This document shows positions 11,755-21,105 of a DNA stretch of 64,000 nucleotides, one piece after another. Under the pieces are notes generated by a model, which saw only the letters and a list, made by a program, of their open reading frames with translations, searched no databases and had not been told where the DNA came from. Where the stretch lies: NCBI GenBank assembly GCA_037129835.1, contig JBAXUE010000004.1, positions 25,638-89,637 of the forward strand. Direction: 5' to 3'. The position numbers and the translations under genes were made by a program. This stretch comes from a bacterium. GTDB lineage: Bacteria > Patescibacteriota > CPR2 > UBA1875 > CAIMLA01. Every line of letters begins with the position of its first letter. Within the stretch, counting starts at the first letter, position 1.

Positions 11755-12378
11755 ATGAAGAAAATAAATGTCCAGAAAATACTAGATAATATTATCGCAA
11801 AGGTTTTCTTTCGTTTTATCCCCCACTCTCTGAAACCAAATTTTTTCAGTTATGCCAGATTGGTCATGGCGCCCTTTGTTTATCTACTATTGCATACTAA
11901 TCACATCTACTCAGCTACGATCCTGCTATTCGTCGCCATCTGTACTGATTTTATCGATGGAGCGCTAGCCAGGAAGAGGGACCAGATTACAGAGCTCGGC
12001 AAAATACTCGACCCGGTTGCTGACAAAACTCTCATCCTCGCAGTACTGATATTTATCGGTTTCAAATATTGGATTGTTTGGGTATTTACGATCTTTATTA
12101 TCTTGGAAATGGTGGCGGTCGTTAGCGGCGCTCTACTATCAAAGTATCTCGGCAGACCGCTCGGTGCTAGCGTTTTTGGAAAGATCAAAATGATACTTCA
12201 AAGCGTCAGTGTAATGCTTTTTATCCTGGGATTCTTGATGTTAAATGAAGATATCATTATATTCTCGGAAAATGTACTAATATTAGCCTTTGCTTTCGCT
12301 ATTATCGCCGGGCTTGATGTGGCCAGAAGAAAACTTATATATCTTAAGAAGAATACTTCGCTGAAAGATCTACCATAA
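11755..12378 (+). CDS. pgsA: CDP-alcohol phosphatidyltransferase (PgsA-like)
   Basis: DFIDGALARKRDQITELGKILDPVADK, the CDP-OH phosphotransferase signature. Confidence 0.75.
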   Translation: MKKINVQKILDNIIAKVFFRFIPHSLKPNFFSYARLVMAPFVYLLLHTNHIYSATILLFVAICTDFIDGALARKRDQITELGKILDPVADKTLILAVLIFIGFKYWIVWVFTIFIILEMVAVVSGALLSKYLGRPLGASVFGKIKMILQSVSVMLFILGFLMLNEDIIIFSENVLILAFAFAIIAGLDVARRKLIYLKKNTSLKDLP

Positions 12379-12390
12379 ATATAAAATGTT

Positions 12391-12463
12391 GTCATCCTTA
12401 CGAAAGTGAGGATAACCTTCGGAGGGTACGGGAGAGATCCCTGGGTTTGTGACCAGGGATGAC
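12391..12463. ncRNA. Candidate small structured RNA or 3'-UTR element
   Basis: 73-nt segment whose ends gtcatcc / ggatgac form a perfect 7-bp closing helix. It encloses hairpins including cc-UUCG-gg and tccctgg-gtttgtga-ccaggga. It sits between the pgsA stop and a terminator, and no ORF covers it. Confidence 0.25.
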
Positions 12464-12485
12464 AAAAGTAAGTATTGTCTAAAAT

Positions 12486-12520
12486 AAAAAGACCCAAGAT
12501 TATTCAAGGGTCCTTTTATT
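12486..12520. terminator. Putative bidirectional intrinsic terminator between convergent pgsA and rplL
   Basis: A-run, then gaccc...gggtc stem, then a T-rich tail (cttttattta). Confidence 0.35.
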
Positions 12521-12536
12521 TATAGATACTGTCTGA

Positions 12537-13109
12537 TTATTGAAGTTCTACAGATGCACCAGCTTCTACTAGTTTAGCTTTTGCAGCTTCTGCGTCTTCT
12601 TTCTTCATGTTCTCTTTTACTGTTGCTGGAGCGCCGTCTACGAGGTCTTTAGCCTCTTTTAGACCGAGCTCAGGAAGTACTTCACGTACAGCCTTGATAA
12701 CAGAAATCTTGTTGCTACCCGCTGCAGTTATAACAACATTGTACTCTGATTTCTCTTCAGCAGCTTCTGGAGCAGCGCCACCAGCGGCAGGCATAGCACC
12801 CATCATCATTGGAGCAGCAGCTGAAACACCGAAACGGTCCTCAAGTGCCTTTACAAGCTCAGAAAGCTCAAGAACGCTCATATCTTCGATAGATTTGATA
12901 AGTTCTTTGAATTTACCACTTGGAGCAGCCTTTTCCTTGTCCGGCATAGCTTTAGCGACGTCGGATTCTTTTTTAGGTTCTGCAACAACTTCTTTTACTT
13001 CTTTGACGGCCTCAGCAGCTTCTGCAACTGCCTCTTTTGCCTCTTCTACAGCTTCTGTAGCAGCTTCAACCGCTTCAGTAACTTCTTCTGTCTTTACATC
13101 ATCTGACAT
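12537..13109 (-). CDS. rplL: Ribosomal protein L7/L12 with a ~45-aa acidic N-terminal extension
   Basis: The C-terminal half has [23 protein letters not shown]. The L10-binding NTD ([22 protein letters not shown]) is preceded by an A/E/V-rich extension. The upstream ATG has an AAGGAG SD 7 nt away, immediately after the rplJ stop. Confidence 0.85.
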   Translation of the reverse strand: MSDDVKTEEVTEAVEAATEAVEEAKEAVAEAAEAVKEVKEVVAEPKKESDVAKAMPDKEKAAPSGKFKELIKSIEDMSVLELSELVKALEDRFGVSAAAPMMMGAMPAAGGAAPEAAEEKSEYNVVITAAGSNKISVIKAVREVLPELGLKEAKDLVDGAPATVKENMKKEDAEAAKAKLVEAGASVELQ

Positions 13110-13120
13110 ATTAGTCTCCT

Positions 13121-13642
13121 TTACTTTGTTTCTTTAATAGAATTTAATACATTTACCAAACCACGGATATTGCCACTAAGAACATTTACCATACCAGACA
13201 TTGGTGAAGCAAGTGTTCCTACTAGCTTAGCGTATAGCTGTTCTCTAGTAGGCAGGCTAGCCAGAGATTTGACCATAATATCGCTAATTTGTTTGCCTTC
13301 TAAAATACCGCCAACTATGGTCAACTTATCATTCTTTTTTGAATAATCATAAGTGACTCTAGCTGGTGCTACCTCATCATCGGCTGCAAAAGCAGCGGCA
13401 ACTGGATGATTCTGGATCAGGTCTTTATCGATTTCAATCCCTGCATCTTTTGCAGCGAGTGAAAATAAAGTGTTTTTGATTACTTTGTACTCAATACCTT
13501 GGGCACGTAAATTGTTACGAACTTCATCAATCTCTTCTACAGTAAGACCGCTATAATCAGTAAGTACGACTGACTTCGCATTTCTTAGCTTTTCTGAGAG
13601 TTCTGCAACTCGTGTTTCTTTGACTTCGCGTGTAATCGCCAT
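13121..13642 (-). CDS. rplJ: Ribosomal protein L10
   Basis: [19 protein letters not shown]...[13 protein letters not shown]. Confidence 0.9.
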   Translation of the reverse strand: MAITREVKETRVAELSEKLRNAKSVVLTDYSGLTVEEIDEVRNNLRAQGIEYKVIKNTLFSLAAKDAGIEIDKDLIQNHPVAAAFAADDEVAPARVTYDYSKKNDKLTIVGGILEGKQISDIMVKSLASLPTREQLYAKLVGTLASPMSGMVNVLSGNIRGLVNVLNSIKETK

Positions 13643-13897
13643 TTTTTTTCTCCTAATTCAGGTGAATATTGTCGACCCCTGTCCGGCTTTCGACGGACAA
13701 TAAAAAATCTTCGATTTCTCGAAGACATATCCTGTCCTGCATAGCGCAGCGACGTTGGATGGAATAAAATCATAATAGTTATGCGTTTTATCCCCTAGGT
13801 AGCAGATTAAGGCTCGCGCCAGCTACTGTCTCCGGAAATTACTTACATATTTTAGCAAAATTCTAGTTGAGTGTCAACATCTGAAGAATCTAGAAAA
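13643..13897 (-). promoter_or_regulatory. Long 5' leader of rplJ-rplL (possible L10-leader autoregulatory RNA)
   Basis: ~255 nt without an ORF upstream of rplJ, containing several hairpins (e.g. ctgtccg-gctttcga-cggacaa; tcttcga-tttc-tcgaaga). Confidence 0.3.
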
Positions 13898-14575
13898 TCA
13901 CTTACAATATCTAATCATTAATCTGTCTTCATTTGTTGGTATAGTAGTCAGTATCTCGGGTCCTTCAGGATACATTATTGAGGTCTTTTCTTTTGCGTGC
14001 ACTCTTGTTTTTGAATGACCTAATTCATGCATCAGCAAAACTTCCAAGTCTTTGTCTCCATCATATGCATAGACAGTTATTACAGATGAAGATTGATTAA
14101 TATATTTGTTAGCTCCTAAGCCGTCTTTTTCGGAAAATCCTACAAGATTAATCGCTTCGCTATATATCTTTTTTTTCTCTGGGGAAGTTTCTTTACTTAA
14201 TAACATCAGTTCATCAATAAGCTTTTCTTCGCTCATAAATTTGAAACCGAGTACCGAGAGTTTCTGTCTGTTAGCATCTCTTGTCTCCTGTCTATCGTCG
14301 TAAACAAAATTAATCTTTGTAGAGCCTGTTTCTTCGTAGATATATTGTTCTCTTCCAGTAGTATCGTCCCAATTTTTACCAGCTTTTTTGGCTATCGAAA
14401 CTATCTTGTCTCGGTCTAAATTAAATCTAGGATCAATCGTGCCTATGGAGTATTTCACGGGAGGTTTGCAATATTTACTGTCATAAAGATAGTTACGAAG
14501 TATCTTTTGAGCGAGGAAAAGGAATAACAATGTAAATAAAACAAAAAATAATATATTCCATGTTTTACGTGTCAT
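13898..14575 (-). CDS. Membrane-anchored zinc metalloprotease-like protein (HExxH)
   Basis: LLMHELGHSKTRVHAKEKTSIMYPE zincin motif after a single N-terminal TM. The track ORF starts at 14746, but the Met at 14575 (MTRKTWNILFF) avoids overlap with the upstream small ORF. Confidence 0.45.
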   Translation of the reverse strand: MTRKTWNILFFVLFTLLFLFLAQKILRNYLYDSKYCKPPVKYSIGTIDPRFNLDRDKIVSIAKKAGKNWDDTTGREQYIYEETGSTKINFVYDDRQETRDANRQKLSVLGFKFMSEEKLIDELMLLSKETSPEKKKIYSEAINLVGFSEKDGLGANKYINQSSSVITVYAYDGDKDLEVLLMHELGHSKTRVHAKEKTSIMYPEGPEILTTIPTNEDRLMIRYCK

Positions 14576-14589
14576 ATATTTTAGAATTA

Positions 14590-14778
14590 TTACTCTTCTG
14601 TTTTCGTTTTCTTTTTTGCTATTAATTGTATTATCCATATCAGAGTAAATAGTATAGCAGCTATATTTATTGCTGCATAAACCGTACTGAATATTAATCC
14701 TTGATAATATTGGGTTATTATCATACAACCGAAATACATCACCCAAAGCAGTAGAACTGTAACGCCACTAATCTTCAT
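14590..14778 (-). CDS. Small two-TM membrane protein (62 aa)
   Basis: Hydrophobic ORF immediately upstream of the HExxH gene. Confidence 0.3.
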   Translation of the reverse strand: MKISGVTVLLLWVMYFGCMIITQYYQGLIFSTVYAAINIAAILFTLIWIIQLIAKKKTKTEE

Positions 14779-14789
14779 ATATCTCCTTT

Positions 14790-15320
14790 CTAATGTGATA
14801 TATCTTCAATATTTATATCCTCTTGAGTAATCTCTTCCTGCTTGAAAGCACTTTTGGGTGGCATATTTTCATTAATTAATTCGCCCGCTAATTCTTCGTT
14901 TAGGTTCCAGTATCTATTTGCATGTTGCATGATCAACTCTAATCCTTCGGCTGTATTCAGCCAATCAAAATAATCTATAAATTGTTTACCATCTGCTATT
15001 TTAGAGATACCATTTAATACATAGCTTCTAGCATTGTTCATAGCATCTACGTCTGTATGATCTAACCCCACCTTTATTGGGAGAATAGTACCGTTACTAT
15101 AATCTAAATCTTCGTGTTTTTCTCCCATGGCGTACTTGGGTTTTGCGTCTAGATTAATATCATTGTTATTTAGCATTAATTTATATAATGCTATTTGGGT
15201 TTCTCTGTATCTATAATGAATTGCCAGAGGCGATTTTGATACTTTATTTTTTAATATATAAATATAGCTCAATAGGGTACCAATTCTCACCACATTTTTT
15301 GGATTTTTTTTGTTGTCCAT
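14790..15320 (-). CDS. Hypothetical protein (176 aa)
   Basis: Intact ORF with no recognisable family. Confidence 0.4.
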   Translation of the reverse strand: MDNKKNPKNVVRIGTLLSYIYILKNKVSKSPLAIHYRYRETQIALYKLMLNNNDINLDAKPKYAMGEKHEDLDYSNGTILPIKVGLDHTDVDAMNNARSYVLNGISKIADGKQFIDYFDWLNTAEGLELIMQHANRYWNLNEELAGELINENMPPKSAFKQEEITQEDINIEDISH

Positions 15321-15340
15321 AAAGTCATTATATCATAACA

Positions 15341-15366
15341 AAAAAAAGGCTTATAAAAGCCTTTTA
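15341..15366. terminator. Intrinsic terminator (bidirectional form)
   Basis: aaaaaaa-AAGGCTT-ataa-AAGCCTT-ttaaata: a perfect 7-bp stem flanked by A and T runs, just downstream of the 15422..16162 gene on the minus strand. Confidence 0.6.
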
Positions 15367-15421
15367 AATATCATGGTGAACGTAATTTAGTATTTTGTGC
15401 TCAAGAGAGTTCTGAAATTAT

Positions 15422-16162
15422 TTAGTTCGTACAGGAACTTTCTGGCATTATTATCATCCACTTGTCACCGTTCTCATCTGTGGTCAGCATAATACCGTCA
15501 GTGTTCTTTTCACTATCAACAAGGTGGACATGACCGCCTTTTGGAAAATTGATGGTTTTTGGCACAGCATTGACAAAGTCAGCAGTAAGCGTATAAACAG
15601 CATCATAATTCTTTGTTACGGTAACAGACACGTTCTTTTTTGTTATAGATAGACAGTTTGTATTAGGTATTAGACCAATTCCTGGCAGGAAACTACCGAC
15701 GAAAGAAAGAAACAAAAAAACTATAAATCCCCCAATAAGTACTAGTGTGAAGGTGCAGAGCCCTATATAATAAATCAGGTATAAAAACTTACGCCATACA
15801 GGCCAATCTACATTGTATTTATACATATTTTTAAAAAAGTTATCAAATTTACCCATCTTAACTGGTGCTTCTACACTTTTGTTAGGAGCTTCTTCGGTGG
15901 GGTCTTCTCTAATAACTGATTTAAACCAATTATCAACGTCTACTTCCTTGTGTTTATTAGCAGCCGGAAGTGCTATTATTGTTGCGATTTCTTTTGGTTT
16001 AACATGGGGAATATCTAAATTGCAATCACTAAAACTAGAGTCTGACACTTCGTTCTTTTTTGTCTGACCATTAGCTGTTTTGGAATCATGAACTTCGGTA
16101 CCACAATTTTTGCAGTACTTTGAATTAGAATCAATTTCTTTACCACAGTTTGAACAAAACAT
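15422..16162 (-). CDS. Zinc-ribbon (CxxC-x12-CxxC) membrane protein
   Basis: MFCSNCGKEIDSNSKYCKNCGTEV N-terminus, one TM, then a probable extracytoplasmic domain. Confidence 0.4.
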   Translation of the reverse strand: MFCSNCGKEIDSNSKYCKNCGTEVHDSKTANGQTKKNEVSDSSFSDCNLDIPHVKPKEIATIIALPAANKHKEVDVDNWFKSVIREDPTEEAPNKSVEAPVKMGKFDNFFKNMYKYNVDWPVWRKFLYLIYYIGLCTFTLVLIGGFIVFLFLSFVGSFLPGIGLIPNTNCLSITKKNVSVTVTKNYDAVYTLTADFVNAVPKTINFPKGGHVHLVDSEKNTDGIMLTTDENGDKWMIIMPESSCTN

Positions 16163-16166
16163 CGAT

Positions 16167-16919
16167 TTACTCCGGATATCTCTTGAAACAATAATTTAGA
16201 TCTTCGTCTGAGATTGCATTATTGTTATCTATGCCATCATTATTTTCCGGCCCATCATAAAAATCTATACAGCCCTGGTAGTCCCTTCTGTAATCATTGG
16301 GATCTGTGGGGTCTGATGGATAGGTTGGCTTATTATTAAGTAATAACCAAAATCCCCATAGATTGAGAGCAACGAATAGCGCCAACAATATCGCTGAAAT
16401 TATTTGGACTATTCGTAGTACACGACTTCTATCAATAGCTACTTGAGAGATTGGTACGCCTACAATATTCCAAAAGCTTATTTTTGTTTCATCCTTAGGA
16501 CCATACTTGTTATTTTCATCTACCGAACGTCCTAGCATAATTATAGCAACCCATAAACCCACTATTGGAACGAGTACTAAAAGAGAGTACCATCCTGACT
16601 TATTTATATCGTGAAGTCTTCGGACAAAATTATAGAAAATACAAGCAGCTAAGTATATTAGAATCACATTTATGATAGTGTTGGGGATAGGGTCTATGCC
16701 AGAGAATCTACCAATAATATAGTTTTGGAATGACACTAATACAAAAGATGATAGGCCAAAGACTAGGCCTGATATTATGTATCTTTTTCTATTCATTCTT
16801 TTAGAAAAAGTAACCGAAGTGTTTTTAGGAATCTCTTCTTTGCCCTTTATGCGAAAACCGCAGTTCACACAATATTTATTACTCGCGTCTAATTCATTAC
16901 CACACTTTGAACAAAACAT
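16167..16919 (-). CDS. Zinc-ribbon + DUF805 membrane protein, paralog of the upstream gene
   Basis: MFCSKCGNELDASNKYCVNCG N-terminus plus RRLHDINKSGWYSLL (DUF805 signature). Confidence 0.45.
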   Translation of the reverse strand: MFCSKCGNELDASNKYCVNCGFRIKGKEEIPKNTSVTFSKRMNRKRYIISGLVFGLSSFVLVSFQNYIIGRFSGIDPIPNTIINVILIYLAACIFYNFVRRLHDINKSGWYSLLVLVPIVGLWVAIIMLGRSVDENNKYGPKDETKISFWNIVGVPISQVAIDRSRVLRIVQIISAILLALFVALNLWGFWLLLNNKPTYPSDPTDPNDYRRDYQGCIDFYDGPENNDGIDNNNAISDEDLNYCFKRYPE

Positions 16920-16964
16920 AATGGTTCCTATTTAATATTAACTACATTATAGCACCAAGAAGCC

Positions 16965-17309
16965 TTAATTTGTTGCCTTTTTAATTATACTTCTCATTTC
17001 AATAAATTTATTCTCGACCCCCTGGCAAAAGAATTCTCCGCAAACTGCAGGTCTATTCTTGTGGATACTGCATTTCTTATCCTTGAGATAGATACAGCTT
17101 CCGTCCGTCTTTTGCTTTAGAAATATCGCACCAGCTTCTTCGACTTCAGCAAAAGTGTCGAATGTAACAATATCATCAAATACGGTTTGGTATTTTCCTG
17201 AAAAGTATTCTTCTTCATTGAGATTAATCAAAAAGAGCTTACAACAAAGCCCACACATAGAACATGTTGGTGTGGGCTTTTTGTTATTAATAGTTTTATT
17301 CATAGACAT
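16965..17309 (-). CDS. YkgJ-family (UPF0153) Cys-rich putative Zn/Fe-binding protein
   Basis: CSMCGLCCKLF...CIYL...CSIH...CGEFFC pattern. Confidence 0.45.
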   Translation of the reverse strand: MSMNKTINNKKPTPTCSMCGLCCKLFLINLNEEEYFSGKYQTVFDDIVTFDTFAEVEEAGAIFLKQKTDGSCIYLKDKKCSIHKNRPAVCGEFFCQGVENKFIEMRSIIKKATN

Positions 17310-17321
17310 AGTCTAGTGAAA

Positions 17322-18599
17322 TTATTCTACAAATGTAAGAGCTATACCGGTGCTGTGACCTCTGCCAGTACGACCGATACGATGAACGTAGTCATCATAG
17401 GTCTTAGGAGTAGTGTAGTTGATCACGTGACTGACGTCTTTGATATCTAGACCACGAGCAGCGACATCGGTAGCAACAAGGATCTTTACTCTCTCGTCCT
17501 TGAAGTCCTTGAGGGCCTTTTGTCTCTGTCCTTGTCTCTTATCACCATGGATGGATTCGGCGCTGAAACCTCGTTGAGCAAGTTCAACAGCAAGTTTCTC
17601 TACATCTCTCTTGGTTTCTGAGAAGATAAGGACTTTGTCCATACCAGCTTCGCCAAGAATTTCTTGGAGTTTAGCCATTTTCTCATGTCTTGCGACTTTG
17701 ACAACTGACTGCTCGACATTTTCTGCTGTTTGACGGCTAGAAACCTTGATAGTTACAGGGTTTTTTGCAAAGCTCTCTGTGAGACGAGCAATCTTCTCTG
17801 GCATAGTAGCGGAGAAGAACAGACTCTGTCTCTCGGCAGGAACCTTTGATAAGAAATATCTGATTTCATCTACAAATCCCATGTCTAGCATACGATCTAC
17901 TTCGTCTAGAACAACATTATTGAAAGTAGAAAAGTTGATAAATCCTCTATCGGCAAGGTCTTTGATACGACCAGGAGTACCGATAACGAAATCTTGACGC
18001 ATCTTGAGTGAGCCAATCTGTTTTCCTATAGGTAGTCCGCCAACACATGAGGTATAAAATATTTTCATTCCCCAAGAGAATTGACGAAGCTCAGCCTCTA
18101 TCTGAAGCGCTAGCTCACGGGTAGGAGCGATAATAAGCGCCTTCTGAGTACGATCTTGGTAAATCTTATTAATAAGTGGGAGCAAAAAGGCCGCAGTCTT
18201 ACCTGTACCAGTGTTTGCAAGCCCGATGATGTCTCTACCAGCCATAATAGGCTCAATAGCTTGATCCTGAATAGGAGTAGGTATCACGTATTCACGCTTA
18301 GCTACGTTCTCAGCAAGAGGTTCAACAAAACCAAAATCGGTAAACTTGTGATTGATTACTACTTCTTTTACTGGAGCACCATCTTTTATGGCATTCTTTT
18401 GTATAAATGCATTGATATCGATCTTACTATCGGCTTTGCCTCTAGAGTTTCGATTTGGCCCAAAAGTCCTGTTGTTACCACGACTCCTGAAGCTACTTTG
18501 TGAGTTCTTTTTAATAAAACTATTTTTGGCAGTTCTAATATTCTGCATGTTTTTCCTTTCGCCGACTTTTGTCGGTTTAATTGTTTTAATCTTTCTCAT
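17322..18599 (-). CDS. DEAD-box ATP-dependent RNA helicase with a basic R/N-rich N-terminal extension
   Basis: Q-motif PTPIQ, Walker A GTGKTAAF, DEVD, SAT and HRIGRTGR motifs. Confidence 0.85.
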   Translation of the reverse strand: MRKIKTIKPTKVGERKNMQNIRTAKNSFIKKNSQSSFRSRGNNRTFGPNRNSRGKADSKIDINAFIQKNAIKDGAPVKEVVINHKFTDFGFVEPLAENVAKREYVIPTPIQDQAIEPIMAGRDIIGLANTGTGKTAAFLLPLINKIYQDRTQKALIIAPTRELALQIEAELRQFSWGMKIFYTSCVGGLPIGKQIGSLKMRQDFVIGTPGRIKDLADRGFINFSTFNNVVLDEVDRMLDMGFVDEIRYFLSKVPAERQSLFFSATMPEKIARLTESFAKNPVTIKVSSRQTAENVEQSVVKVARHEKMAKLQEILGEAGMDKVLIFSETKRDVEKLAVELAQRGFSAESIHGDKRQGQRQKALKDFKDERVKILVATDVAARGLDIKDVSHVINYTTPKTYDDYVHRIGRTGRGHSTGIALTFVE

Positions 18600-18933
18600 T
18601 CGTCTCTAGAACATCGAAAGATTTAAAACTTCGGAAATCTACAGAACAAATTTATTGTACAATTATATAGTTAATTTGAGTTCTTGTCAATACTAATAAT
18701 AGTGATTGATAAAACTTCCACATTGGCATGCCTTACGAAAAATCGCTTTGGTACCATGTACCCGACTATCTACGAGGTCGAGTAATTATTGGTTACAAAA
18801 TTACGAACCGAGTAGAGGGAGATCGATTTTTCTTGAACTTAACTCCATTTTCTTTCAAGAGAAAATGGATAAGAAAAAATAGTTAACACATATTTATAGT
18901 TCTCGATAATACTCGAACAATAATAAGAAGGAG

Positions 18934-18954
18934 ATCCTGAAATAAATTCAGGAT
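18934..18954 (-). terminator. Probable terminator of the 18990..19223 gene
   Basis: atcctgaa-ataaa-ttcaggat is an 8-bp perfect stem. On the minus strand it is followed by a T-rich tract (ctccttcttatta). Confidence 0.35.
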
Positions 18955-18989
18955 GACAGAGAGATTGGTTTAGAATGACAAAAATTTAT

Positions 18990-19223
18990 TTAGCTTATTG
19001 TATCGCAAGTCTTACTACCGCACTTCCCCTTTTTAATATAAGTCTTACAGAAAGGTGAGGGGGCTTTACCTTCCTTTAGCTTTCGTCGGCAAACATCTTT
19101 CTCATCTTCACTGATAGACTTGGTACTATTTTTCATCAAAAAATAGGCCAGTGTCTGATAAAAAGCATAAGAAATAACTATTGTTGCAAGGACAAACCCA
19201 CCGATAATATATACGAATTCCAT
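18990..19223 (-). CDS. Small membrane protein with a Cys-rich C-terminus (77 aa)
   Basis: N-terminal TM, then CRRKL...CKTYIKKGKCGSKTC. Confidence 0.35.
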   Translation of the reverse strand: MEFVYIIGGFVLATIVISYAFYQTLAYFLMKNSTKSISEDEKDVCRRKLKEGKAPSPFCKTYIKKGKCGSKTCDTIS

Positions 19224-19291
19224 ATATATCTCCTAATTTATGTATAAATTGTATCTGAATTGTTAAAAATTTTCAAGAAATGAGCTCGATT

Positions 19292-19861
19292 TTAAATATA
19301 TTTCGCTATCAATCGATCAAGTTCTCCAAAGGTAGCGTGCTTATCCCCTTCCAGTGTAATAATTTTGTGGTCTATATGGCCGCTTTTCTCGAGCCTTGCC
19401 AAGTCTTTCAAATCCCCCTCAATTGTATTGATACGACTCTTAAGCTCCGCCTCCGAAAGATTGCGCTCACTAATACGCCTAACCGTGTTTTCTATAATAG
19501 GTTCAGCCAGCGAAAGGTGAACTATAACGGTTTCTGGCATCTTCTCTTTTAGCTCAACCGCTCTATCAGCCGTCAGTGTATATACGCAGTGGCCTTTCTC
19601 TAATAACGAATCCACATCAGCTTTCCTTTTACCATAATAATGATCGTTAAAAATTGTGTACTCTAATAATTCGTCATTTTCTATCATCTGCAAATATTCT
19701 GCGGGTGTGAAATGTATATATTCATCTAGATTGCCTTCTCTGGGCGGTCTGGTAGTAACCGATGGTATATAGTGAAGGCCATGGTTCTCTACGAGGTATT
19801 TTGAGTAATACGTCTTACCAACACCGGTTGTACCAACAAAAGCAAAAATTCTATTTTTCAT
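19292..19861 (-). CDS. gmk: Guanylate kinase-like nucleoside monophosphate kinase
   Basis: P-loop GTTGVGKT and TTRPPREGNLDEYIHF, the guanylate kinase signature. Confidence 0.65.
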   Translation of the reverse strand: MKNRIFAFVGTTGVGKTYYSKYLVENHGLHYIPSVTTRPPREGNLDEYIHFTPAEYLQMIENDELLEYTIFNDHYYGKRKADVDSLLEKGHCVYTLTADRAVELKEKMPETVIVHLSLAEPIIENTVRRISERNLSEAELKSRINTIEGDLKDLARLEKSGHIDHKIITLEGDKHATFGELDRLIAKYI

Positions 19862-19868
19862 ATTCTGA

Positions 19869-21089
19869 TTATTCTATACCAGGTACCGGATATTTCTCAA
19901 CTATTTTCTTAACGTCTTCTCGTATCTCGGTATATATATCTTCATTTCCGACATTTTTGAGAGTTTTTATGAGCAACTGAGCAACTTTCGTGCAATCATC
20001 TTCTTTAAAGCCTCTAGTGGTTATGGCTGGGGTCCCGATTCGAATACCCGAGGTCACAAAAGGGCTTTCTGGGTCGTTTGGAATCGCATTTTTATTGACC
20101 GTAATGTGCACCTTATCGAGCTCGGCTTCTGCGACCTTGCCCGTAACTCCTAAATTTCGTAAATCCAATAAGATTAAGTGATTATCAGAACCACCGGAAA
20201 CCATATTTACTTTTTCTTCATTGAAAACCGCTTCCATCGCCTTGATGTTCTTAATTACCTGCGTGGCGTAAAGTTTGAACTCTGGCTTTAGAGCCTCACC
20301 GAAACAAATAGCTTTTGCGGCAATAATATGCTCAAGTGGACCGCCCTGAGAGCCCGGAAAGACCGCTTTGTCTATTGCCTTCGCATACTCTTCTTTACAC
20401 AAGATAATCCCGCCTCTAGGGCCTCTGAGCGTCTTATGGGTAGTAGAAGTAACCACATCGGCATAAGGAATCGGGGATTGATGCAAGCCAGCAGCTACAA
20501 GGCCTGCAATATGAGCCATATCTACCATTAGTTTCGCACCCACTCTGTCTGCAATGACTCTAAATTTTGCAAAATCGATCTCTCTTGGATAAGCTGAAGC
20601 GCCGGCAATAATCATTTTAGGTTTATGTTCTATGGCTAGTTTCTCTAGATTTTCATAATCGATATAGCCCTCAGGCGTTAAACCGTAGGGTACTATATTA
20701 TAAAGTTTTCCTGAGAAATTAACCGGGCTACCATGAGTCAAATGCCCACCCTGGTCAAGTGCTTGGCCCATTACCGTATCACCTGGCTCGACCAGAGCTA
20801 GATACGCGGCAAAATTCGCATTAGCACCACAATGCGGCTGAACATTAGCATATTCAGCACCAAAAAGTTTCTTTACTCTTTCTCTGGCCAAATCCTCTAC
20901 TTTATCGATGTATTCGCAACCACCGTAATATCTGTGAGAAGGAGTGCCTTCGGCATATTTATTCGTAAGTATAGAACCTGCTGCCGCTAAAATTTCTTCT
21001 GAAACATAGTTTTCACTCGCAATCAGCTCAATCCCGTTTTTTTGACGACCTTTTTCTAGCTCGATTATGTCAAAAACTTCGCTGTCCAT
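19869..21089 (-). CDS. glyA: Serine hydroxymethyltransferase
   Basis: [10 protein letters not shown]...TNKYAEG...HLTHG. Confidence 0.9.
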   Translation of the reverse strand: MDSEVFDIIELEKGRQKNGIELIASENYVSEEILAAAGSILTNKYAEGTPSHRYYGGCEYIDKVEDLARERVKKLFGAEYANVQPHCGANANFAAYLALVEPGDTVMGQALDQGGHLTHGSPVNFSGKLYNIVPYGLTPEGYIDYENLEKLAIEHKPKMIIAGASAYPREIDFAKFRVIADRVGAKLMVDMAHIAGLVAAGLHQSPIPYADVVTSTTHKTLRGPRGGIILCKEEYAKAIDKAVFPGSQGGPLEHIIAAKAICFGEALKPEFKLYATQVIKNIKAMEAVFNEEKVNMVSGGSDNHLILLDLRNLGVTGKVAEAELDKVHITVNKNAIPNDPESPFVTSGIRIGTPAITTRGFKEDDCTKVAQLLIKTLKNVGNEDIYTEIREDVKKIVEKYPVPGIE

Positions 21090-21105
21090 GTAGTCCCCCT
21101 TTGTA

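Noticed and set aside
12391-12463. Possible tRNA gene (73 nt, perfect 7-bp acceptor-like helix)
   Set aside because: D-arm and anticodon-arm positions cannot be paired. The T-arm candidate has an 8-nt loop and overlaps the acceptor strand. The reverse strand fails similarly.
12607-13137. 176-aa plus-strand ORF antisense to rplL
   Set aside because: It is a frame shadow of the A/E-rich rplL sequence, with low complexity and no support.
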